Shown: positions 25,579 through 32,260 of the stretch, piece after piece | How the letters are laid out: the number at the start of each line of letters is the position of its first letter | How positions within the stretch are numbered: the stretch's first letter is position 1 | Assembly (NCBI GenBank): GCA_964421145.1 | Contig: CAYQVM010000002.1 | Span: forward strand, 1-32,260 | From: an uncultured Planctomycetia bacterium | GTDB lineage: Bacteria > Omnitrophota > Gorgyraeia > JABMQH01 | Direction of reading: 5' to 3' | Length of the DNA stretch: 32,260 bases | The notes under the pieces: generated by a model | Databases searched by the model: none | The model's input: only the letters and a program-made list of their open reading frames with translations | What the model was told of the DNA's origin: nothing | Translations under genes and position numbers: made by a program

Positions 25579-26069
25579 GTTTTCTTCGGCGGATGAATAT
25601 CTTCCCGCGACCACTTAAGCGTCTGAACCGCCAGATTATCTCCTATGAAATATATATTTTTCTCTAGGTCCTCCTGAACCTCTTTGATATCAATTGCATT
25701 CTCTGGACAACTCTTGACGCACTTAGGTAATTTTCCAGATATCCCAACACAAAAGTCGCACCGCGAATCCAGATATGAAATAAACTCCTGGGATATTATC
25801 CCGAACGGGCACGCCACCGAACAGGACTTGCAGCTGGTGCAGCGCATCTTGTAACGTTTGATATGACCGTCCGTGGCGCGCTCAAGCGCGTTATGATAAC
25901 ACGAGTTAACGCATGGCGCCTCTTCGCAGTGGCGGCATATTGTAGCGAAAGTGGCGTATTCGCGAAGCGACGTTATGCCGTTATTCTGCGGATGATAAAA
26001 ATATTCGCAGCATACCTTGCATTCGCTACACTTGTCACAAATTTCTAAATTGACGTATAATCTTTTCAT
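25575..26069 (-). CDS. HycB/HydN-like poly-ferredoxin (multiple [4Fe-4S])
   Basis: The 164-aa ORF has four Cys clusters: CDKCSECKVCC, CRHCEEAPCVNSC, CTSCKSCSVACP and CDFC...CVKSCP. Confidence 0.85.
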   Translation of the reverse strand: MKRLYVNLEICDKCSECKVCCEYFYHPQNNGITSLREYATFATICRHCEEAPCVNSCYHNALERATDGHIKRYKMRCTSCKSCSVACPFGIISQEFISYLDSRCDFCVGISGKLPKCVKSCPENAIDIKEVQEDLEKNIYFIGDNLAVQTLKWSREDIHPPKKT

Positions 26070-26084
26070 CGCTGTTTCAGAGAT

Positions 26085-26145
26085 CAGAAGACAGATGTCA
26101 GAAGTCAGATTTTTCTGTCTTCTGTATTCTGTTTTCTGTCTTCTG
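26085..26145. repeat. Structured intergenic repeat element between the AsrB-like and HycB-like genes
   Basis: The 11-mer CAGAAGACAGA (26085..26095) has a near copy CAGAAGTCAGA (26099..26109). The exact complement TCTGTCTTCTG occurs twice (26114..26124 and 26135..26145). Together these can fold as a two-tier hairpin of about 22 bp. Confidence 0.85.
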
Positions 26146-26147
26146 TA

Positions 26148-26963
26148 CTAATCCCATATATCGTGTATATCCTTCAGTTCCTCATACGTGAACACAGGCC
26201 CGTCTTTGCACGCATAGAATTTTCCAATCCTGCAATGGCCGCATTTCCCGAGTCCGCAGGACATATTCTTTTCCATGGATAGATATATGTCGGCCGGTTT
26301 AAACCCTATCTCCAGCAATTTCAATATAACAAATTTCATCATTATCGGCGGCCCGCAAACTATAGAAACCGCGTTGTTCAATTTTACGGGTAAATCCTTT
26401 AATATGGTAGTAACCAATCCTACGTTTCCCTTCCATGCGTGATCTCCGATGTCAACGGTAGTAACCACATCCACCTTTTTCTTCCTCGCCCACTTGGGTA
26501 TCAATTCCTTGTATATAATATCGTTAGGGGTGCGCGCCCCATACCTTAACAATACCTTATTATATCTGTCTATATCTGAAAAAATGGTCAGTAATAAGGA
26601 GCGCAACGGCGCTAATCCAACACCGCCTCCTATTATCAAGACATCTTTACCGGCAAACTTATCCAGCGGATAACCCTTTCCGTAGGGGCCGCGTATGCCG
26701 ACGCTATCATTTCTCCTTATGCTATGCAGTTTGGAAGTAACATAACCTACATTCATTATCGTAATATCCATCTTCTCTTTTATATTCGGATCAGAGGAAG
26801 GGGTAAAAGGCGCCTCGCCCAAGCCGGGCACGGTCAGCTCTATAAACTGCCCTGTCTGGAATGAAAAATCTACCTTAGGCCTTAATACAAAGGTTTTTAT
26901 TGTAGGTGATTCGTCCTTTATATCTTCAATTATTGCCTCAACGGGCTGGTAAATATTTTTCAT
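26148..26963 (-). CDS. FAD/NAD(P)H-binding [2Fe-2S] oxidoreductase subunit (AsrB / sulfhydrogenase-gamma / PyrK-like)
   Basis: The ferredoxin-reductase-type fold has a GQFIEL region, then LIIGGGVGLAPL at the nucleotide-binding site. The C-terminal Cys cluster is MSCGLGKCGHC...YACKDGPVF. Confidence 0.85.
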   Translation of the reverse strand: MKNIYQPVEAIIEDIKDESPTIKTFVLRPKVDFSFQTGQFIELTVPGLGEAPFTPSSDPNIKEKMDITIMNVGYVTSKLHSIRRNDSVGIRGPYGKGYPLDKFAGKDVLIIGGGVGLAPLRSLLLTIFSDIDRYNKVLLRYGARTPNDIIYKELIPKWARKKKVDVVTTVDIGDHAWKGNVGLVTTILKDLPVKLNNAVSIVCGPPIMMKFVILKLLEIGFKPADIYLSMEKNMSCGLGKCGHCRIGKFYACKDGPVFTYEELKDIHDIWD

Positions 26964-28056
26964 CGTGAAGCCTTTTTAAAATATACCTTATATCTATTTT
27001 CCCGGGGCACACGTCAATGCACCTGCCGCAGCCGCAGCATGCCTGATAGCCCAGATTATCTATAAAGAAATCAAATTTTTTCAGATAGCGGTTCCTGAGC
27101 CGCATGTAGCGCATCTTTAAGGGGTTTGCCCCGCCCGCTACCCTGCTGAAATTTTTATACAGGCACCCGTCCCATATGCGCATCCTTTTGGCATTGTCGC
27201 CTTCCGGCTCATCATACAAAAGGAAGCAATGGCAGGTATCGCACATGAACACGCAACCGCCGCATTCAACGCAGGTCTGCATCTGTTCCTGCCATACATC
27301 GGAATTATGCCCTGCAACGACGATCTCCTTTAATTGTTCCTTCTTGGGTATCTTATGATAGGAGAGGTGGTCATCCAGCCGCTTTACCACCGACTCCCTG
27401 TTAAGTTCTTTCCTGCCGACCTGGTTTGAGGTGGCGATGGTCAATATCTCCTTTATATCTGCGATGATTTTCTTCGCCTTGTCCGTAGCTACATCCAGAA
27501 TATACCCATCGCCTATGTTGACCAGATTGAAATCAAAACCTTCGCTCGGATAAGGGTCAATATCAAATGCCCTGCAGAAACAGGCCTCTTTAAATGCCGG
27601 GCAGTCGCTTGAAATAATCAGGGTGCTTTCCCGTCTTATCTTATAAAATTGGTCCTGTTCATTCCCGCCCAAAAACACAAAATCCTGTATCTTTAATGAA
27701 AAGAGGTCACAGTTCTTAAAACCACATATAGCGACCGGTCTCTCCTTTACCTTATTAACCCCTTGGGTGGTGCCCCTGGGGTTGGAATCGGTAAAATAAT
27801 CGCATATCTCTTCCTTCGCATGAGTGAAAAATGACCTCGCGGGCTCTACGGGGTGGTACTCATTAAATACAACATCTTCTCTTTTTATTTCGGTATATTT
27901 TTTTAAGAGGTAATCATTGGTAGGCAGCAGGAATGAATGGTCGCACTTTACCTTCAGGCCCGACTTGGCCTTCACAGGGACATAAAGCTCATAATCCCTC
28001 GCGACCCGGTCGTAAAATTTAAATATATCCTGTGATTCTATGAAATATGTGTCCAT
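26938..28056 (-). CDS. Fe-S subunit (AsrA / sulfhydrogenase-beta-like)
   Basis: CPAFKEACFCRAF and CVECGGCVFMCDTCHCF are present, followed by RIWDGCLYKNFSRVAGGANP and CCGCGRCIDVCPGKIDI. This matches the layout of AsrA and hydrogenase beta subunits. Confidence 0.8.
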   Translation of the reverse strand: MDTYFIESQDIFKFYDRVARDYELYVPVKAKSGLKVKCDHSFLLPTNDYLLKKYTEIKREDVVFNEYHPVEPARSFFTHAKEEICDYFTDSNPRGTTQGVNKVKERPVAICGFKNCDLFSLKIQDFVFLGGNEQDQFYKIRRESTLIISSDCPAFKEACFCRAFDIDPYPSEGFDFNLVNIGDGYILDVATDKAKKIIADIKEILTIATSNQVGRKELNRESVVKRLDDHLSYHKIPKKEQLKEIVVAGHNSDVWQEQMQTCVECGGCVFMCDTCHCFLLYDEPEGDNAKRMRIWDGCLYKNFSRVAGGANPLKMRYMRLRNRYLKKFDFFIDNLGYQACCGCGRCIDVCPGKIDIRYILKRLHDEKYLPAR

Positions 28057-28068
28057 TAGGCCGTAACT

Positions 28069-28086
28069 TTGTGAAATTTTTCACAA
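28069..28086. promoter_or_regulatory. Rex operator
   Basis: TTGTGAA-ATTT-TTCACAA is a perfect match to the TTGTGAA-N4-TTCACAA Rex box. It lies 13 to 30 nt upstream of the first hydrogenase-operon ATG (28056), and rex is encoded immediately upstream. Confidence 0.8.
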
Positions 28087-28121
28087 TCTACCGCAAAAAT
28101 AAAAAATACTTACGTAATAAT

Positions 28122-28148
28122 ATTATATCATTCGGTATATAGTGTCAA
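28122..28148 (-). promoter_or_regulatory. Promoter of the hydrogenase operon
   Basis: The minus strand reads TTGACA (28148..28143), a 15-nt spacer and TATAAT (28127..28122) with an extended -10 TG (TGATATAAT). The Rex box lies downstream of the predicted transcription start. Confidence 0.5.
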
Positions 28149-28184
28149 GGGAAAAATCTCCCGATATGCTCCTTAAATTTCGAT

Positions 28185-28808
28185 TTATTTTTTATTTCCC
28201 AGAAAATGGGCCAGCTTTTCAAGCTCAATAGACAAATCTATGTTGATTAATTCAACAGAGGCAGGAACGCGCGGCCTTATAGGCGCGAAATTCAGTATTG
28301 ATTTTATCCCGGCCTTTATCAGGGAGTTTATCGTCTCCTGCGCCGCGTCAGCAGGCACAGTCACTATGGCCATCTGCGCGTTTTTCTTCTGGACCGTTTT
28401 CTTCAGGTCGCTGATACGGCCGACAACAATGCCCCCTATCTTTTTCCCTATCTTTTTCGGATCGCTGTCAAGCGCGGCTATTATATTAAAACCCTGCTCG
28501 TGAAAGCCTTTATATGATAAAAGCGCGGTTCCCAGATTCCCGACTCCGACCAAAACTACATTCCAAAGTTTATCTATACCTAAAATCTTGAGTATCTCTT
28601 TTTTTAGATCGCTGACAACATAGCCCCTGCCCGGCGTCCCAAACTGCCCAAAATACGTCAGGTCCCGCCTTATCTGCGCGGCGGTATAGCCGGTCAGCTC
28701 AGAAAGGGCCCGCGATGAGATAACTGCCCTCTCCTTATACGAAATAAGCGCCCTGTAATAAACCGATAACCGCGGTATGACCGAACGTGAAATCTTTGTT
28801 TTCATCAT
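28185..28808 (-). CDS. rex: Redox-sensing transcriptional repressor Rex
   Basis: IPRLSVYYRAL...SSRALSELTGYTAAQIRRDLTYFGQFGTPGRGY is the winged-helix region. The Rossmann motif VVLVGVGNLG follows. Confidence 0.93.
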   Translation of the reverse strand: MMKTKISRSVIPRLSVYYRALISYKERAVISSRALSELTGYTAAQIRRDLTYFGQFGTPGRGYVVSDLKKEILKILGIDKLWNVVLVGVGNLGTALLSYKGFHEQGFNIIAALDSDPKKIGKKIGGIVVGRISDLKKTVQKKNAQMAIVTVPADAAQETINSLIKAGIKSILNFAPIRPRVPASVELINIDLSIELEKLAHFLGNKK

Positions 28809-30532
28809 CTAATGCCCAGATTCAGCAGAACGCCCACAACAGCGCTGGAAAATATCATGATAGCCGTCGCCTTTACCAGGTCCTTAAAGCCGAGCTCCTT
28901 TAAGAAAATCGCGAAGGTGGCTATGCACGGGAATGTCATGGCAAGCAGGGTCGCCGCTATAAACAGCTGTTTGCCGCCCAGGTTCAAAGGGATAAGCATG
29001 CCGGCCGCCACATCCTTTCTGAAAAATCCTATTACGACCGCTACGATCGCCTCCTTAGGCAAACCAAACAGATTTCTCATCACGGGAGAAAAAATATTGG
29101 TCAAAATATCAAATAATTTAAAATACAAAAGTATATTTACAATCAGGACGCCTATGAGCACTACCGGCACAGCGTCTATCAGAAATCCTTTTATTCTTAA
29201 GAATAGTTTTTGAAACAAGCTCTCCAGGGGAGGCATTCTGTAAGGCGGTATCTCAACTAAGAATTCCGGGCTGAAGCCCTTAAGGGCCCTATTCAGGATA
29301 ATCCCCAATACCAGCCATACAGAAAATAAAACCAGATAAACCCCTGCCACGTAAAAACCGGAAAATTTACCCAGCAGGCCGAATATCATCGCCTGTAAAG
29401 GCACGCACGGCACGCCGATGGATATTAAGGTGGAGGCGATAAAGCGTTCGCGCTTGGATTCCAGGATACGCGTCGCCAGTATGCCGGGCACATTGCAACC
29501 AAACCCCAGAAGGACAGGAATGATCGCGAAACCGTGAAGGCCCACGCTGTGCAGCAGGTTATCCAGCAGCATCGCGAGCCGAGGCAGGAAACCTATATCT
29601 TCAAGGACGCCGAGCATAAAATAGAAAGAGATTATATACGGCAGGACCATGGCGAACTCTATGTATGGCGCGGTCGTCAATACACGAAGGCATTGCTTAA
29701 AATTTATTTTGCTGTCTATCAGCGTGCCTATAAGTAAATGGTGCCAGAATCCTTTTTCGCCAAGCGCAACACTTACCTTTTCCAGAATCGGCTGATAAAA
29801 ATTCAAAAATAAAGGGTCAAAAAATCTGTTTATAAGGAACTCACCGATAAATCTGACAATCTTAAACGAGGCACCGATAACAATGGAGGCGATCAACAAT
29901 CCTGTAAAAGGCCTGATAGAGGCGTCTTCCAGAAGCTCCCTAAGGGTATGATGCCTGTGGCTTAGCTGCTGGACAGCTTCTACGATCTTGCCGATTTCCT
30001 GCCATCTCTGCTGGCGGGTAAGTTTATGCCGCGCGGAGGGCCTGGCTTCAAGCATACGGCCTATTAGCGTCTTTACGCCCGCGCCTGTGACCGCGCAGGT
30101 TGAAATCACCGGAACGCCCAGGAGGCCCTCAAGTTTCTGTGTGTCTATGCTTATGCCCCTGTGGACCGCCTCATCGCAAATATTAAGGCAAACTATTACG
30201 GGGAACCCTTCCTCTATCAGCTGCAGCGTCAGATATAAATTCCGCTCCAGATTGGTAGAGTCCACTATATTTATTACCGCGCATTCCTGCTCGGGGCACT
30301 CCTTTAATAAGGCAACGGCCGCCTCCTCCGCCTTGGAACTCGGCTCAAGTGAATACGCGCCGGGCAGTTCCACAACTTCAAGGCTCTCCCGTCCAATCTT
30401 CAGGAAACCTCTGAGGATCTCTATTGTCGTGCCGGGATAATTAGAGGAAATTGCCTGCACGCCGGTCAGGCGTGAAAACACAACGCTTTTTCCGACATTA
30501 GGATTTCCGGCCAGAAAAATCTTTTTTATCAT
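28805..30532 (-). CDS. feoB: Ferrous iron transporter FeoB
   Basis: The N-terminal G domain (LAGNPNVGKS, DLPG-like ELPGAYSL, NICD) is followed by a polytopic membrane domain. It is 575 aa long. Confidence 0.9.
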   Translation of the reverse strand: MIKKIFLAGNPNVGKSVVFSRLTGVQAISSNYPGTTIEILRGFLKIGRESLEVVELPGAYSLEPSSKAEEAAVALLKECPEQECAVINIVDSTNLERNLYLTLQLIEEGFPVIVCLNICDEAVHRGISIDTQKLEGLLGVPVISTCAVTGAGVKTLIGRMLEARPSARHKLTRQQRWQEIGKIVEAVQQLSHRHHTLRELLEDASIRPFTGLLIASIVIGASFKIVRFIGEFLINRFFDPLFLNFYQPILEKVSVALGEKGFWHHLLIGTLIDSKINFKQCLRVLTTAPYIEFAMVLPYIISFYFMLGVLEDIGFLPRLAMLLDNLLHSVGLHGFAIIPVLLGFGCNVPGILATRILESKRERFIASTLISIGVPCVPLQAMIFGLLGKFSGFYVAGVYLVLFSVWLVLGIILNRALKGFSPEFLVEIPPYRMPPLESLFQKLFLRIKGFLIDAVPVVLIGVLIVNILLYFKLFDILTNIFSPVMRNLFGLPKEAIVAVVIGFFRKDVAAGMLIPLNLGGKQLFIAATLLAMTFPCIATFAIFLKELGFKDLVKATAIMIFSSAVVGVLLNLGIR

Positions 30533-30765
30533 TCCGTTTCCACGATTATTTTCTGGGCCATGCCATAACCCAGGGCAATAACGGCCCTGCCTACCTTGAT
30601 GGCCATAGGCCCTTTGAACACAGAATCGCTCAGCATGGTAATTTCCCTCCCGGGATATATCCCCATGCTGAGTAGGCGGTTCTGCAGGCCGGGCCCGCCT
30701 GAAACTTCCACCACCTTGCCTTTTTGTTTTGTTTTGAGCTTAACTACCGGAATTTTTTTCATCAA
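30529..30765 (-). CDS. feoA: FeoA
   Basis: The 78-aa SH3-like protein has LLSMGIYPGREITM...GPMAIKVGRAVIALGYGMAQKIIV. An ATGA overlap links it to feoB. Confidence 0.88.
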   Translation of the reverse strand: MMKKIPVVKLKTKQKGKVVEVSGGPGLQNRLLSMGIYPGREITMLSDSVFKGPMAIKVGRAVIALGYGMAQKIIVETE

Positions 30766-32260
30766 ATCTGTTCGTGATGGGCATGCGCCTATCTTTGCCG
30801 AATGCCTTAGGCGTGATTTTTATGCCGGGTGAGGCCTGACGGCGCTTGTATTCGCTTGCGTCAATCATGCGTATGACCTTTGATACAAGGGCCTTCTGGT
30901 TGGTCTTTTTTATGATTTCTTCCAAACCCTTATCCTCTTCCACGTACGCCTTGATAATCGGATCAAGTATCGCGTAGGGCGGCAGCGTATCCGTGTCTTT
31001 TTGGTTTGGTTTAAGCTCCGCTGTCGGCGGCCTTGTTAAAATGTGCCCGGGTATAATCTCTTTGTCCTTGTTCACAAATTTGGCCAGCTTATAAACCAGC
31101 GTCTTCGGCACATCCTTTATAACCGAAAAACCGCCTGCCATATCGCCGTAGAGCGTGCAATAACCGCAGGAAACTTCGCTTTTATTCCCCGTCGTCAATA
31201 CCAGATAGCCAAATTTGTTGGAAATAGCCATCAGTATGTTGCCCCTGATGCGGGCCTGAATATTTTCCTCGGCGATATTTTTCGGCTGCCCCTTGAACAC
31301 ACGGCTCAGGTCCTTAAGATATGCCTCAAATATGTTAGTTATAGGGATCTCATGCAGTTTTATCCCCATGTTTTTTACAAGCTTTAACGTATCTATCCCG
31401 CTCTCTTTGGATGTGAACATTGAAGGCATAAATACCCCGATTGTATTTTCCCGCCCGAGGGCCTCCTTCGCTATGGCTGCCGTAAGCGCGGAATCTACCC
31501 CTCCGCTCAGGCCGATGACTACTTTTTTAAAACCGTTCTTATAGACATAATCCCGCAGGCCCAATACCAGCGCCTGGTAAATCTCATCCAGCGGATCAAG
31601 CGTCTCTATATGTAAAGGAGATTTTTTACCTATATCTACAATCAGCAAATCCTCTTTAAACGCCTTTGCCTGCGCGATTAATTTTCCTTTATCATCTACA
31701 ACAAAACTCTGGCCGTCGAATACAAGCTCATCCTGCCCCCCGACCAGATTCGCGTAAGCAATAAACGTCTTATTCGCCTTTGCCTGCCTTGTTATAACTT
31801 CCTGACGCAGCTTGCCTTTGCCTGCGTAATACGGCGAGGCATTTATGGCAAAAATTATCTTTGCCCCCTTTTTTGCCTCAACTTTAACGGGCCCTTCGGC
31901 ATACCAGAGGTCCTCGCATATACTTATGCCGCAGGTTATGCCACCTATTTTAAAAACGAATGGCGCGCGGCCATCCTTAAAATAACGCTTCTCGTCAAAT
32001 ACACCGTAATTCGGCAGGCGCGTTTTGTGATAAACGCCTTTTATTTTACCATCGGCAATAAGCGCGGTTGAATTATACAGGCCCTGGTTTTCTTTGCCTA
32101 CAAAACCTATTATAGCGGTTATACCTTTTATCTTTGACGCTAGCAGGTTTACCGCTTTTAAATTCTCGCTGATAAACGAAGGCTTAAGCAGCAGGTCCTC
32201 TGGCGGATAACCGCAAACCGCAAGCTCAGGAAATATAACAATATTCGCCTGAGATCTCCT
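30740..32260 (-). CDS. nadE: Glutamine-dependent NAD+ synthetase (CN-hydrolase plus PP-loop domains); 5' end lies beyond the right edge
   Basis: The PP-loop is VIGLSGGVDSALTAAIA. The same frame stays open upstream of the track ORF to the window edge. There it reads as a nitrilase-type domain in my translation (...IVIFPELAVCGYPPEDLLLKPSF...GISICEDLWY...). Confidence 0.9.
   Translation of the reverse strand, partial: RRSQANIVIFPELAVCGYPPEDLLLKPSFISENLKAVNLLASKIKGITAIIGFVGKENQGLYNSTALIADGKIKGVYHKTRLPNYGVFDEKRYFKDGRAPFVFKIGGITCGISICEDLWYAEGPVKVEAKKGAKIIFAINASPYYAGKGKLRQEVITRQAKANKTFIAYANLVGGQDELVFDGQSFVVDDKGKLIAQAKAFKEDLLIVDIGKKSPLHIETLDPLDEIYQALVLGLRDYVYKNGFKKVVIGLSGGVDSALTAAIAKEALGRENTIGVFMPSMFTSKESGIDTLKLVKNMGIKLHEIPITNIFEAYLKDLSRVFKGQPKNIAEENIQARIRGNILMAISNKFGYLVLTTGNKSEVSCGYCTLYGDMAGGFSVIKDVPKTLVYKLAKFVNKDKEIIPGHILTRPPTAELKPNQKDTDTLPPYAILDPIIKAYVEEDKGLEEIIKKTNQKALVSKVIRMIDASEYKRRQASPGIKITPKAFGKDRRMPITNRFDEKNSGS

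Noticed and set aside
24545-26147. The possibility that the two repeat-rich spacers are a CRISPR array or tRNA/sRNA genes.
   Set aside because: The repeat units are only 6 to 11 nt long, occur in both orientations, and have no regular repeat-spacer periodicity. No cloverleaf-compatible GC-rich segment is present.
1-32260. Complete minus-strand co-orientation of about 45 genes as a sign of a phage, ICE or other island.
   Set aside because: The content is housekeeping, metabolic and respiratory. There are no integrase, capsid or conjugation genes and no flanking tRNA or direct repeats. The co-orientation is more simply explained by long operons and replication-strand bias.

Overview
All recognisable genes in this 32.3-kb window are on the minus strand. 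It looks like chromosomal DNA from a strict anaerobe, probably diderm, because one predicted outer-membrane porin ends in Phe. I saw no rRNA, tRNA, CRISPR array, transposase or integrase. In transcription order (right to left) the window holds: (1) nadE (5' end off the window), feoA, feoB and rex, with overlapping stops and starts. (2) A promoter plus a perfect Rex operator, followed by 16 tightly packed genes for a group-4 (Mbh/Ech-like) membrane-bound [NiFe]-hydrogenase. It has a complete Mrp-type antiporter module and, unusually, an AsrA/AsrB-like (sulfhydrogenase beta/gamma-like) FAD/NAD(P)H plus Fe-S input module. (3) Directly downstream sit the [FeFe]-hydrogenase maturases hydE and hydG. 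HydE carries an N-terminal HypC-like domain, and its gene is interrupted by a roughly 20% G+C patch. (4) An O2/ROS detoxification set: flavin reductase-rubredoxin fusion, ferredoxin, superoxide reductase and rubrerythrin, plus a truncated AhpF/TrxB remnant. (5) DUF134 translationally coupled to ACR3 arsenite efflux. (6) An Fe-S themed run: Rrf2 regulator, NifU-like protein, HAD hydrolase, radical SAM enzyme, a small DUF3362-like ORF and a DUF362/4Fe-4S protein. (7) A NikR-controlled nickel uptake operon: nikR, porin, CbiM-PDGLE, CbiQ and CbiO. (8) A coiled-coil membrane protein and the 5' part of aroA. The most interesting items are the NAD(P)H-module/Mrp/[NiFe] architecture under Rex, the HypC-HydE/HydG tail on a [NiFe] operon, the broken hydE, two structured intergenic repeat elements inside the operon, and an 8-nt tandem repeat inside an antiporter-like gene. 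All family calls come from reading the translated ORFs by eye and recalling motifs. No database search was run.
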